A stretch of DNA of 64,000 bases. Origin: Gemmatimonadaceae bacterium. Lineage in GTDB: Bacteria; Gemmatimonadota; Gemmatimonadetes; Gemmatimonadales; Gemmatimonadaceae. The DNA lies in assembly GCA_035688075.1 (NCBI GenBank), contig DASSNL010000104.1, positions 6,924-70,923 on the forward strand, in the 5' to 3' direction. A program made the translations under genes and the position numbers. Positions 38,939-49,581 of this stretch are shown piece after piece (the first letter of the stretch is position 1; the number at the start of each line of letters is the position of its first letter). The notes under the pieces were generated by a model, which worked only from the letters and a program-made list of their open reading frames with translations, searched no databases and had not been told where the DNA came from.

Positions 38939-41344
38939 ATGGAAACGTTGCTGCAGGACATCCGCTACGCCGCACGCTCTCTGCGCAGGAGCCCGGGCTT
39001 CACCATCGTTGCCGTGCTCACGCTCGCGCTGGGGATCGGCGCCAACGCGGCGATCTTCAGCGTGGTGAACGGCGTTCTCCTCCGCCCGCTCGCGTACGCG
39101 AACCCCGATCGGCTGGTCATGGTCTGGGGCCACAACGAGAACATAGGGAACGAGACGGCATCGCTCCCCGACTTCAAGGACTGGCGCGAGCGTAACACCG
39201 TCTTCGAGAGCATGGCGGCAGTGGCCAACACGCGCTTCGATGTGACGGGGGACGGAGAACCGGAGCGCGTCGACGCGGCACTCACCACCGCCAACTTCTT
39301 CCATGTACTCGGCGTGACACCGGAGGTCGGTCGCGCCTTCAACGCCGAAGAGGAGACGAGCGGTCGCGATCGCGTGGTGGTGTTGAGCCACGGCTTCTGG
39401 GAGCGCCGGTTCGGCGCGCGCGCCGACGCGGTTGGCCGCACCGTCACGTTGAGCGGGCTTCCCTACACCGTGATCGGCGTAGCGCCGGCCGGCTTCCGCT
39501 TCGGCAATGCGAGCGAGATGTGGGCGCCGCTGCGCACCGACACCACGCGCGGCCGTCGTGCGGACTTCCTCACCGTCGTGGCGCGGCTGAAGCCTGGCAC
39601 TACCATGGACCAGGCACAGGCTCAGATGACCACCATCGGCCGCGCGCTCGAGGCGCAGTACCCGGAGAGCAATACCGGTTGGAGGCCGGAACTGGTGTCG
39701 CTCAAGGAAGAACTGGTGGGCGACGTCCGGCCCGCGCTCCTCGTGTTCATGGGAGCGGTGGGGTTGGTGCTGCTCATCGCCTGCGCGAACGTCGCGAACC
39801 TGATGCTGATGCGCGCCGCTGCTCGCGAGCGCGAGATGGCGATCCGCGCCGCGCTGGGCGCCGGACGAAAGCGAATCGTTCGACAGATGCTGACGGAGAG
39901 TACGCTGGTAGCGCTGCTCGGCGGGATGCTCGGGCTCCTGCTCGCGGTGTGGGGTGTCTCGTCGCTCGGCGTGACACAAGCCACTCCCATCCCCCGACTC
40001 GATGAAACCGGCGTGGACGGCCGAGTGCTGGCATTCACGCTGGTACTGTGCCTCGGCACCGGACTTCTCTTCGGGCTCGCCCCTGCCCTTCGCCTCGTGT
40101 CGGGGAGGACACAGGAGTCGCTTCGAGAGGGTGCGCGTGGTGCATCGGGTGGCATCGGAGTTCACCAGCTCCGTGGAGCGCTGGTGCTCGGAGAGGTAGC
40201 GCTCGCGCTGGTGTTGCTCGTCGGTGCGGGGCTTCTCATCCGGAGCTTCGACAGACTCTCGAACGTCAATCCCGGGTTCGACTCGCACTCGGTGATCTCC
40301 GCGCAGATCGTGCTCCCTCGCGTGCGCTACGCTGAAAGCAACAACCAGCTCGCGTTCTTCGATCAGCTCCTCCAGACCACGCGTGCGATGCCCGGCGTGG
40401 AGTCCGTGGCGCTCACCTCCGATGCGCCGCTCAGCGGAGGGGGCAACTATCTGAGCTTCGAGGTTGCCGGCCGGCCGCCAGCCCCGCCGAACACTGTGCA
40501 GGATGCGGAAGTGCTGGTCACCGGATCCGACTACTTCCGCACGTTGCGCATCCCTCTTCGTTCCGGGCGCATCTTCACGGCGCAGGATGATGAACGCGCC
40601 ACCCGGGTTGTCGTGATCAACAGCGCCATGGCGCGCCGCTTCTGGCCGTCCGGCGATCCGATCGGTGCACGGATCACGCTGGGTGATCCAGCCGACAGCT
40701 CATCGTGGCGTACGGTGGTCGGCGTGGTGGCGGACGTGCGGCAGAACGCGCTCAACGACGATCCGTATCCGCAACTCTTCCTTCCGCTGGCGCAGACGCC
40801 GCAGCGTGCCATGCTGCTGCTCGCGCGCACCACCGGGAATCCCGCGTCGCTGGCCGGCCCCATCCGCCGCGCGGTGACGGCGCTCGACCCTGACCTGCCA
40901 GTATCCGACATCCGCACGCTCGACGAGCGTCTCGACCAGTCCATCGCGCAGCCGAGGGTCAGCATGATACTGCTCGGAATCTTCGCGCTGATGGCGCTGG
41001 TGCTTGCCGCCGTCGGGATCTACGGCGTGCTCTCCTACACCGTGACCCAGCGCACCCGCGAGCTCGGGATTCGCATGGCGCTCGGCGCCGAGTCGAACAG
41101 CGTCATGCGACTCGTGGTCGGCCAGGCGATGATGCCGGCGCTGGTCGGCGTGGTACTCGGCCTGGCGGGCGCGTGGGGCGCGACGCGGCTGATGTCGACT
41201 CTCCTCTTCGGCGTGAGCGCCACCGATCCGGTGACGTTCATCGCTGTAGCGCTCTTTCTTCTGGCTGTCGCCGCGCTGGCGAGCTGGATTCCGGCGCGGA
41301 GGGCGACGAGGGTGGATCCGCTGATAGCATTGAGGGCGGAGTGA
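38939..41344 (+). CDS. ADOP-type duplicated permease, paralogue 2
   Basis: Same N-terminal signature ([22 protein letters not shown]..) and C-terminal signature (PARRATRVDPLIALRAE). Lies 11 nt after paralogue 1. Confidence 0.9.
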   Translation: METLLQDIRYAARSLRRSPGFTIVAVLTLALGIGANAAIFSVVNGVLLRPLAYANPDRLVMVWGHNENIGNETASLPDFKDWRERNTVFESMAAVANTRFDVTGDGEPERVDAALTTANFFHVLGVTPEVGRAFNAEEETSGRDRVVVLSHGFWERRFGARADAVGRTVTLSGLPYTVIGVAPAGFRFGNASEMWAPLRTDTTRGRRADFLTVVARLKPGTTMDQAQAQMTTIGRALEAQYPESNTGWRPELVSLKEELVGDVRPALLVFMGAVGLVLLIACANVANLMLMRAAAREREMAIRAALGAGRKRIVRQMLTESTLVALLGGMLGLLLAVWGVSSLGVTQATPIPRLDETGVDGRVLAFTLVLCLGTGLLFGLAPALRLVSGRTQESLREGARGASGGIGVHQLRGALVLGEVALALVLLVGAGLLIRSFDRLSNVNPGFDSHSVISAQIVLPRVRYAESNNQLAFFDQLLQTTRAMPGVESVALTSDAPLSGGGNYLSFEVAGRPPAPPNTVQDAEVLVTGSDYFRTLRIPLRSGRIFTAQDDERATRVVVINSAMARRFWPSGDPIGARITLGDPADSSSWRTVVGVVADVRQNALNDDPYPQLFLPLAQTPQRAMLLLARTTGNPASLAGPIRRAVTALDPDLPVSDIRTLDERLDQSIAQPRVSMILLGIFALMALVLAAVGIYGVLSYTVTQRTRELGIRMALGAESNSVMRLVVGQAMMPALVGVVLGLAGAWGATRLMSTLLFGVSATDPVTFIAVALFLLAVAALASWIPARRATRVDPLIALRAE

Positions 41345-41418
41345 ATGAGACGGAAGTGAGCCGCCATATGCGTATCGGGCAGTAGATAACCCCGACGCAC
41401 GAACAATCAACAGCGCAA

Positions 41419-43836
41419 ATGAACATGATCCACGATCTGTGGCAGGACATTCGCCACGCCCTGCGGTCGATGTTCCACAACCTCGGCTTTACGGCGACGG
41501 TCGTGCTGGTCCTCGCGCTCGGAATAGGAGCCAACAGTACGCTTTTCGGGATAGTGGATGCCGTTATCCTTCGGCCGCTTCCCTACCCCGAATCCGACCG
41601 GATCGTCTCCATCTCCATGGCGAATGAGGATGGCAACGACGTCGGCCGCCTCGACGATCCAACCGCGCAGCTTCTCGCTGGAAGCGCGCTCCGGAATTTC
41701 GATGCCGTGGCGCTCAGCAACGGCACCGGCGCCAACCTGACTGGCGGCAGCGCGCCGGAACGAGTAGCGGGGGCGCGAACATCGGCGAGCTTCTTCGAGG
41801 TCATGGGAGTGGCGCCCGTGGTGGGAAGGACCTTCACCGCAGACGAGCTCCGTAAGGGCGGCCCATCGGCGGTCATCATCGGGAACGGACTCTGGAAGCG
41901 CGACTTCGGCGGAGATCCGTCCGTACTCGGACGCGCGGTACAACTGGACGATCGAAACTACACTGTCGTGGGCGTGATGCCCGAGGGATACGACTACCCG
42001 AACGACGCCGAGTACTGGCTTCCACTTCCGCCATCGGAACCGATGGCGGGAGGCGGCTACATGTACGTCGACGTCATCGGCCGGCTGAAATCGGGCGTCA
42101 GCGTGCCGGGTGGAGTGGCCGAGCTGAAATCCGTGCGAAGCCGCTATGCCGCTGAGCTCCCATCCGACCTGCAGAGCGCTACCCTGCGCGCGATGACCCT
42201 GCATGAGCGAGCGTACGGCAACCTGCGTCCTGCCCTGCTCATGCTGCTCGGCACCGTCGGATGCGTACTCCTGATAGCCTGCGCAAACGTCGCGAACCTG
42301 CTGCTTGCTCGCGCGGCGGTCCGGAGAAGAGAGTTCGCGCTCCGCACGGCACTGGGCGCTGCCAGGAGCCGGCTCGTGCAACAGGTGCTGGTGGAGAGCG
42401 TGCTCCTCGCGCTGCTCGGGGGCGCGGTCGGTCTCGCCCTTCCTCTGTACGGGATGCCGCTCCTCGCCGCGTTCGGCCCCGACGATCTCCGGTCGGTGCC
42501 GGACATCGCCGTGAACGGCGGCGTGCTCGTTTTCACTCTCGCGGTGTCGCTCGGCACCGGCGTGCTGTTCGGGAGCGCGCCAGCGATCGCTCTCGCGAGC
42601 GGGGATGTCCAGATCGCGCTGCGAAATGGCGGCACGACGCTGCTCGGTGAAGGCGGACGGACCGGTCCCAGACGCGTACTTGTCGCGGCAGAGCTGGCGC
42701 TGGCCGTGGTGCTGCTCACCGGTGCGGGACTCCTGGTGAAGAGCTTCATCAATTTCCGCGGAGTCGATCCCGGTTTTACAGCGGAGGGCGTGCTCAACGC
42801 GACGGTCACTCTGCCGGAGACGCGCTACGAGAGCGCGGTGGCGCAGGAGCAGTTCTTCCGCGAGCTTCTCTCGCGCGTGCGAGCCATCCCGACCGTGGAG
42901 AGTGCCGCGCTCTCCTCGATCACTCCTCTGGGCGGATTCAACATGATTCGGCGGTCCGACCCGAACGCCAACTCGCCGATCCAGCTGGCGGTGCCGCAGT
43001 TCGCCGTGTCCGCGGTAGGCACGGAGTACTTCGACGTCTTCGGAATCCCTGTGATCGCCGGTCGCGAGTTCGCCGAGCAGGACGACGCCCGCGCGGAACC
43101 GGTGGTCATAATAAGCGAGTCGATGGCGCGCGCTGCCTTCCCGGGGCATCGCGCGGTTGGGGAGCAGCTGGCGCTAGGCGACGACGAGAGTTACACGGTC
43201 GTCGGCGTGGTGGCCGATGTTCGCCAGCGGCCGGCGCAGGCCGTACCGCTCCCCATGGTGTACAGGCCTCGGCTGCAGGCCGGATCGTCCACGTATGGCC
43301 ACATCTCGCTGCGCACGCGCGACGGTACCGATCCTCTGACGCTCGTACCGGCGCTCCGTGCCGCGCTGCGCGCGGTGGACGCTACCCAGCCGCTCTCGCA
43401 CATCACGACTATGGAGGCGCTCCTCAGCGAATCCATCGCACCCCGCCGATTCAACGTGCTCCTCCTCGGCTCGTTCGCTGCGCTGGCATGCGTGCTCGCA
43501 GCAGTGGGGTTGTACGGCGTGATCGCGTTCCTCGTGGCGCAGCGCACTCGCGAGATCGGCCTTCGCATGGCACTCGGCGCCGAGGCGAGACAAATTGTTC
43601 TCGCGGTCCTGCGCCAGGGGCTGCGCGTGGCAGCGGCCGGCGTGGTCGTTGGAATAACCGCCTCTCTGGTGCTATCGAGAATTGTGGAGGGGATGCTGTT
43701 CGGCATCACTCGTCACGACCCGATGGTATTCGTCGCCGTGCCGCTGCTCCTCCTCGGCGTGGCGGCGCTGGCCATCGTGATCCCGGCGCGCCGCGCCAGC
43801 CGCGTCGACCCGGTGATCGCGCTGCGGGCGGAGTAG
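41419..43836 (+). CDS. ADOP-type duplicated permease, paralogue 3
   Basis: More divergent N-terminus (MNMIHDLWQDIRHALRSMFHNLGFT..) with a conserved C-terminus (PARRASRVDPVIALRAE). Confidence 0.9.
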   Translation: MNMIHDLWQDIRHALRSMFHNLGFTATVVLVLALGIGANSTLFGIVDAVILRPLPYPESDRIVSISMANEDGNDVGRLDDPTAQLLAGSALRNFDAVALSNGTGANLTGGSAPERVAGARTSASFFEVMGVAPVVGRTFTADELRKGGPSAVIIGNGLWKRDFGGDPSVLGRAVQLDDRNYTVVGVMPEGYDYPNDAEYWLPLPPSEPMAGGGYMYVDVIGRLKSGVSVPGGVAELKSVRSRYAAELPSDLQSATLRAMTLHERAYGNLRPALLMLLGTVGCVLLIACANVANLLLARAAVRRREFALRTALGAARSRLVQQVLVESVLLALLGGAVGLALPLYGMPLLAAFGPDDLRSVPDIAVNGGVLVFTLAVSLGTGVLFGSAPAIALASGDVQIALRNGGTTLLGEGGRTGPRRVLVAAELALAVVLLTGAGLLVKSFINFRGVDPGFTAEGVLNATVTLPETRYESAVAQEQFFRELLSRVRAIPTVESAALSSITPLGGFNMIRRSDPNANSPIQLAVPQFAVSAVGTEYFDVFGIPVIAGREFAEQDDARAEPVVIISESMARAAFPGHRAVGEQLALGDDESYTVVGVVADVRQRPAQAVPLPMVYRPRLQAGSSTYGHISLRTRDGTDPLTLVPALRAALRAVDATQPLSHITTMEALLSESIAPRRFNVLLLGSFAALACVLAAVGLYGVIAFLVAQRTREIGLRMALGAEARQIVLAVLRQGLRVAAAGVVVGITASLVLSRIVEGMLFGITRHDPMVFVAVPLLLLGVAALAIVIPARRASRVDPVIALRAE

Positions 43837-43871
43837 CAATGACGATCCCTCGCACTGATTCGCTTCACGAA

Positions 43872-44438
43872 TCAGATCGGCCGGAAGCGCTCCTCGAGGG
43901 AGAGCGTGAACGGCGCCGATGCGTCGGCCGGGTGCCAAGTAGGGAGCTCGCGTTCCACGCGAGGGAAGACCGCGTCGCAGGTCCACACCTCGACCGAGCG
44001 AGCATCGGCATCGACAATCCAGTAGAGCGGTGTGGCCTGCTCCTGATAGAGACGCCGCTTGGTGAATCGATCGGCGCGGACGGAGGAAGGACTCAGCACT
44101 TCGATGGCGAGGAGCAGATGCCGGATCTGGCGCCAATCGAGAGTCCGGGCTTCATCCACTGCCATGACGAACACATCAGGCTGAACCAGCACGTCTGGCA
44201 GTCCCCACGATATGTCCGACGGCGACGACAGCACCAGTCCGACCTGCTCGCGATCCAGATACTGGTGCAGCGCCACAAGCAGACGTCCCACCACCATTTG
44301 GTGCCATGGTCGTGGTCCGGGGCTCACGAGGAGCTCTCCATGTACGGTCTCGTAGCGCGGCCAGTGGCGCGGCTCGCGAGCATTGAGCTCGCGGACCATG
44401 TCGCCCGAGTAGAAGTCGATCGTGGCGGCCATACCCAT
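43872..44438 (-). CDS. Uma2 (DUF820) family putative endonuclease, antisense to the permease array
   Basis: Uma2 motifs are present (YETVHGELLVSP, PDVLVQPDVFV, LAIEVLSPSS..DRFTKRRLYQEQATPLYWIVD). Start placed at the internal ATG 44438; the ORF is open to 44588, which would leave only 14 nt before the divergent start at 44603. Confidence 0.75.
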   Translation of the reverse strand: MGMAATIDFYSGDMVRELNAREPRHWPRYETVHGELLVSPGPRPWHQMVVGRLLVALHQYLDREQVGLVLSSPSDISWGLPDVLVQPDVFVMAVDEARTLDWRQIRHLLLAIEVLSPSSVRADRFTKRRLYQEQATPLYWIVDADARSVEVWTCDAVFPRVERELPTWHPADASAPFTLSLEERFRPI

Positions 44439-44602
44439 ACTATCGCCTCGGCGGCTGGAGAGAAGCAAGTGCGGGACATCCCCAACCATGTCGCCGGAGC
44501 GCATACGGAGCATCATCGAATCATTGCACTCTCTACCGACACGCCGCACGCGCGTCGTCATGCGACAGTAATCAGGCTCAATCTCCACCAGCGGGACTCG
44601 TC

Positions 44603-47092
44603 ATGACATCTATCGCGCAGGATCTCCGCTACGCTGCACGCTCGCTCCGCCGCAGCCCCGGCTTCACCATCGTCGCCATCCTCACGCTCGGACTCGGGCT
44701 CGGCGCCACCGCCGCGATCTTCACGCTGCTGAACGCCGTGGTGCTGCAGCCGCTACCGTACCCCGAGCCCGACCGCCTGGTCGACATCGGCTCGCGCTGG
44801 CCGGGCGTGAACGCCGACATGCGGATCGGGATCTCGCCGGCGAACTACTTCTACTTCCGGGATCATAGCAGGACGCTGGAGGATGTCGGCGTCTACCTCA
44901 CCTCGGAAGCCACCATCACCGGCGACGATCATCCCGAGCGAGTGCGCGTCGCGGAGGCAAGCGCCGGAGTACTGCGTGCTCTTCGTGCGAAGGCTGCGCT
45001 CGGACGAATCATCTCGGAGGACGATGACCAGCCCGCGAGCACCGCGCCCGGCTCGGTCGCACCCGGACCGTCGGCGCCGGTGGCCGTGCTCAGTCACGAT
45101 TTCTGGGAGCGCCGATACGGGGGAGATCCGAACGTAATCGGCAAGACCATGTGGATCGACTCGCGAGCGGTACCGATCGTCGGAGTGCTCGAGCAAGGCG
45201 TACAGCTCCCCGACCAGGACGTGGATGTCTGGCAGGCGCTGGGGCTCAACCCCGTCGGACGAGCCACGAACTGGCATATGTTCGGCGCGATCGCGCGTCT
45301 TCGGGCCGGAGCCACCATCGACCAGGCACGATCCGAGCTCGCCGCCGTCAGCAGTCGCGTGGTGGAGCTCTTCCCTACGGCGTACAGCGACGCCTTCATG
45401 AAGGACACCAGCTTCCGCTTCGACGTCGCATCGATGCGCAGCATCGTGCTCGGCGACGTGGGTCGCTCGCTCTGGATCCTCTTCGGCACGGTCGGACTGG
45501 TGCTTCTCATTGCCTGCTTCAACGTCGCGAACTTATTCCTCGCTCGTACCGAGAGCCGCCAACAGGAGACAGCCATAAGGATGGCACTCGGCGCGCGCTC
45601 CACACAGCTCGCGCGGCATTACCTCACGGAGAGCGCCCTGCTCTCGTTGTTCGCGGCAGCTCTCGGAATCGCCTTCGCAGGGGGCGCGGTGAGGCTGCTG
45701 CTCGCGTTCTCGCCGACATGGATACCGCGGCTGAGCATGGTGCGGCTCGGGTGGGAGAGCGTTGCCTTCACGGTGTTCATCTCACTCGCCGCTGCGGCGG
45801 CCTTCGGGCTCTTCCCCGTAGTGGCCGCGCGTCGCACCGCGAGGGGATCCCGCCGGAGCGGAGCACGGGGCTCCACGGCGACGAGAAAGCAGCATGCGGT
45901 GCGAAGCACACTGGTCGTCGTTCAGATGGCGCTCGCTCTAGTGCTGCTCGCGGCCGCCGGCCTCATGCTGCGCAGCTTCGCGAAGCTGCGCAGCGTCGAT
46001 CCGGGGGTGCGACCGGAGGGCATTCTGGCCATGGAGCTGCATCTCCCGTCCCAGCGCTACACGAGCTACGAGCAGGTGAGCGCGTTCTATAAGGAGCTCA
46101 CATCGCGGCTCGAAGGATTGCCCGGTGTGACGCGAGCGAGCGTGACCACGGAGCTGCCGCTCACCGTCACAGGATTCGGATGCAACGCTGTTTTCGTGGA
46201 AGACCAACCGCCGGCGCCCAACGTGAACCCGCCGTGCGTGGATGTGAGCACCGTCTCTCCCGGCTTCTTCAATTCGCTCGGGATAAGGGTGCGTGGCCGC
46301 ATCCCTGACTGGTCGGACATCGAGAGCCGCAGTGGTGCAGTCGTAGTGAGCAAGGCGCTGGCCCAGCGTTTCTGGCCCGGTGAAGACCCGATCGGCAAGG
46401 GCATCCGAGCGCAGGGATTCAGAGAGCCGTTCTACCGTGTCGTGGGCGTCACCGAAGACGTGCGCTACAATGGGCTCGACAAGCCGCCGACCGAGATGGT
46501 CTACTTCCCGCTCCTTCCCATGGAGGACGCACCGCTCTGGAGCCCGCAGCGCTCCGTGACGCTGGTGGTGAAGAGCGCGAGCGCGCACCCCGAGCAACTC
46601 GCGGCCACCGTTCGTCGCACCCTCGCCGGCATCGACTCCGACATCCCGCTCGCCAACGTCCGCACTATGAACGAAGTGGTGGCGAAGTCGATGGCGCGCA
46701 CATCGCTCACGATGCTTTTGCTCGCCATCGCGGGCGGGATGGCGCTCGTGCTCGCGGCGGTGGGGCTCTACGGCGTCATATCGTACATAGTGAGCCGCCG
46801 CACTCGAGAAATCGGCATCCGGGTCGCGCTCGGTGCTCAGGTGGCAGAGGTGATCAGGAGCGTCACGCTCCAATCGCTACGGCTCGCGCTGCTGGGAACG
46901 GCGGCAGGGGTCATAGGCGCACTCATGCTGACGCGCTTTCTGCGGTCGATGCTCTTCGAGGTGAACCCGACCGACCCCCTCGTGCTCGCGGGTGTGTCGC
47001 TCGTGCTCGTCGTCGTGGCGCTCGCGGCCAGCTACATGCCCGCGCGCCGAGCGGCGAAGATAGATCCCGTGATAGCGTTGCGAGCGGAATAG
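44603..47092 (+). CDS. ADOP-type duplicated permease, paralogue 4
   Basis: N-terminal [22 protein letters not shown].. and C-terminal ..PARRAAKIDPVIALRAE. Confidence 0.9.
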   Translation: MTSIAQDLRYAARSLRRSPGFTIVAILTLGLGLGATAAIFTLLNAVVLQPLPYPEPDRLVDIGSRWPGVNADMRIGISPANYFYFRDHSRTLEDVGVYLTSEATITGDDHPERVRVAEASAGVLRALRAKAALGRIISEDDDQPASTAPGSVAPGPSAPVAVLSHDFWERRYGGDPNVIGKTMWIDSRAVPIVGVLEQGVQLPDQDVDVWQALGLNPVGRATNWHMFGAIARLRAGATIDQARSELAAVSSRVVELFPTAYSDAFMKDTSFRFDVASMRSIVLGDVGRSLWILFGTVGLVLLIACFNVANLFLARTESRQQETAIRMALGARSTQLARHYLTESALLSLFAAALGIAFAGGAVRLLLAFSPTWIPRLSMVRLGWESVAFTVFISLAAAAAFGLFPVVAARRTARGSRRSGARGSTATRKQHAVRSTLVVVQMALALVLLAAAGLMLRSFAKLRSVDPGVRPEGILAMELHLPSQRYTSYEQVSAFYKELTSRLEGLPGVTRASVTTELPLTVTGFGCNAVFVEDQPPAPNVNPPCVDVSTVSPGFFNSLGIRVRGRIPDWSDIESRSGAVVVSKALAQRFWPGEDPIGKGIRAQGFREPFYRVVGVTEDVRYNGLDKPPTEMVYFPLLPMEDAPLWSPQRSVTLVVKSASAHPEQLAATVRRTLAGIDSDIPLANVRTMNEVVAKSMARTSLTMLLLAIAGGMALVLAAVGLYGVISYIVSRRTREIGIRVALGAQVAEVIRSVTLQSLRLALLGTAAGVIGALMLTRFLRSMLFEVNPTDPLVLAGVSLVLVVVALAASYMPARRAAKIDPVIALRAE

Positions 47093-47154
47093 GGGCGAGT
47101 GCGCACCGTGAACCCGCTAGCTGAAGGACTCTACATCACTCCGGCGAACGATCC

Positions 47155-49572
47155 ATGGACATCTTGATCCAAGACGTGCGGCTCGCGCTCCGCGCGCTAC
47201 GCAGGACGCCAGGCTTCACCCTCATCGCGGTCCTCTGCCTCGCGCTCGGAACGGGGGCGACGACCGCGATCTTCACGGTGGTGAACGCCGTGCTTTTGCG
47301 ACCACTTCCCTTCCCGCAGCCGGAGCAGCTCGTGCGGCTGTACGAGGGACACACCACCAACTCAGGATTCTACGGCTCTGTATCGCCCGCCAACTTCATC
47401 GACTGGCAGCGACAGAACACCGTCTTCGACCAGCTGGTGGCATACCAGGCCCAGAGCGTCAACTTGCAGAGCGCCAGTACACCGGAGCGCCTCGCTGCGG
47501 TGACCACTACCGGCAACCTGTTCCAGATGCTCCGGACAGGTGCTGAGATCGGGCGTACGTTCACTCCCGAGGAGGCACGAGAGGGCGCGGCGCGTGTGGC
47601 GGTGCTGAGTGATGCCGCATGGAGGGCGCGCTTCGGAGCTGATCGGTCGATCATCGGCCGCACGGTCACGCTCGATGGCGAGCAATACACGGTGATCGGC
47701 GTGATGCCAGCCGAATTCTCCTTCCCGGCCACGGCCGCCGTGGACGTCTGGCTGCCGCACCCCTTCACACCCGATGAGCGCACCCAGCGCGACAGCCACT
47801 ATCTCTCCGTGGTAGGTCGCGTGAAGCCCGCCATCACGCTCGACGCCGCGCTGGCGCAGATGAAGCAGATCGCGGCGCGCCTCGCGCAGGAATATCCCGA
47901 CGCCGATGGCACGCGCACGGTGAAGCTGCTCTCGATGCGCGACGACCTGTTCGGAAAGAACCTGCGGACGCAGCTCTACGTCCTTCTCGGTGCCTCGGTC
48001 CTGGTACTGCTCATCGCATGCGTGAACGTGGCCAACCTCCTGCTCGCGAGAGCAGCCATGCGCCGGCGCGAGGTGGCGGTTCGCGCGGCGCTTGGTGCAG
48101 GCGCTGGTCGCCTGGCGCGCCAGTTTCTCACGGAGAGCGTACTTCTCTCGTTGATCGGTGCCGGTGGCGGTCTGCTCCTCGCGTACGGCGGCGTGCGAGG
48201 GCTCGTCGCGCTCGCCTCGAGCGACATCCCCCGCGCCCACCCGATCGGCTTCGATGCCGGGATCTTCGCGTTCCTGGCGGCAATTGCCGTAGTCACCGGG
48301 ATTGCATTCGGCCTGGTGCCGGCGATCCAGGGAGCCCGGGTCGACCCGCGCGACAACCTCGCCGACGGCTCGCGCGGCGGGAGCACGGGTCGCGCTCAGC
48401 AACGCTTCCGCGGCGCGCTCGTCGGCGCGGAGGTAGCGCTCTCGCTCGTCCTGCTCATCGGTGCTGCGCTTCTCATGAAGGCGTTCGTCGCGCTCGAGAA
48501 CACGCCATCGGGTATCGCCACCGATCACGTCATCACTTTCCACGTCTCGGTAAGCGGCGATCAGGAGGACGGAGGCGCGGCAGCCTCCTTCTATCAGCCC
48601 GCGCTCCAGAGGATGTCGGCACTGCCGGGAGTCACCGCGGCTGGCCTCACCTCGCTCCTCCCGCTGCAGGACTACTGGTGGAACGCCATCTTCTCCATTG
48701 AAGGGCATCCGCCCGCCGAGCGAGGGAAGGAGCCAGTGGCCGAGATCCGCGCGACGAGCGCCGGCTACTTCCGGGCTCTGAGGATTCCGATCGTTCAGGG
48801 ACGCAACTTCGGCGAGCAGGATGCCGCCGGCGCGCCGCTCGTGATGCTGGTGAACCGCGCGCTGGTGAAGCGCTACTTCCCCGGCGAAGATCCGATCGGT
48901 CAGCGGCTGAAGCTCGACACCCTCACGTTCACGGTGGTCGGTGTGGTGGGCGACACGAGAGGCGAATCTCTCGAGAGGCCGCCGATGCCGGAGTTCTACA
49001 TCCCGTACACGCAGCTCGGGAGCTGGCTACCCCCGGAGATCACCTTCACGGTTCGCACAGAAGTGCCGCCCGCCAGCGTCATGCCCGCGATCCGTGAAGC
49101 GGTGCACGCCGTGGATCCCACGCAGCCGATCTTCCGGGTCGAGACGATGGAGGAAGTCGTATCCCGCTCGCTCTCGAGCCACCGCCTCTACCTCTGGCTC
49201 CTCGGCACTTTCGCTGTGATCGCGCTCGCCCTCGCCACGGCGGGGATCTACGGCGTGACCTCGTATCTCGTAACACAGCGCACGCGCGAAATGGGGATCC
49301 GGTTGGCGCTGGGCGCCCCGCCGGCGTCGCTGAAGGCGATGGTCGTGCGGCAGGAGGCCGTGGTGGCAATCATCGGCACGATCGTCGGGCTGGTAGGAGC
49401 GTTCGCAGTCACGCGGCTGCTGGCGAGCTTCCTGTACGGCGTCAGCGCCACCGACCCGATCACGTATCTCTGCGTGGCGCTGGCACTCATCGCGATCGCC
49501 ATGCTGGCCAGCTACGTCCCGGCGCGCCGCGCGACACGAGTAGACCCCACCACCGCACTGCGAACGGAATAG
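47155..49572 (+). CDS. ADOP-type duplicated permease, paralogue 5
   Basis: N-terminal MDILIQDVRLALRALRRTPGFT.. and C-terminal ..PARRATRVDPTTALRTE. Confidence 0.9.
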   Translation: MDILIQDVRLALRALRRTPGFTLIAVLCLALGTGATTAIFTVVNAVLLRPLPFPQPEQLVRLYEGHTTNSGFYGSVSPANFIDWQRQNTVFDQLVAYQAQSVNLQSASTPERLAAVTTTGNLFQMLRTGAEIGRTFTPEEAREGAARVAVLSDAAWRARFGADRSIIGRTVTLDGEQYTVIGVMPAEFSFPATAAVDVWLPHPFTPDERTQRDSHYLSVVGRVKPAITLDAALAQMKQIAARLAQEYPDADGTRTVKLLSMRDDLFGKNLRTQLYVLLGASVLVLLIACVNVANLLLARAAMRRREVAVRAALGAGAGRLARQFLTESVLLSLIGAGGGLLLAYGGVRGLVALASSDIPRAHPIGFDAGIFAFLAAIAVVTGIAFGLVPAIQGARVDPRDNLADGSRGGSTGRAQQRFRGALVGAEVALSLVLLIGAALLMKAFVALENTPSGIATDHVITFHVSVSGDQEDGGAAASFYQPALQRMSALPGVTAAGLTSLLPLQDYWWNAIFSIEGHPPAERGKEPVAEIRATSAGYFRALRIPIVQGRNFGEQDAAGAPLVMLVNRALVKRYFPGEDPIGQRLKLDTLTFTVVGVVGDTRGESLERPPMPEFYIPYTQLGSWLPPEITFTVRTEVPPASVMPAIREAVHAVDPTQPIFRVETMEEVVSRSLSSHRLYLWLLGTFAVIALALATAGIYGVTSYLVTQRTREMGIRLALGAPPASLKAMVVRQEAVVAIIGTIVGLVGAFAVTRLLASFLYGVSATDPITYLCVALALIAIAMLASYVPARRATRVDPTTALRTE

Positions 49573-49581
49573 GAGAGAGCC

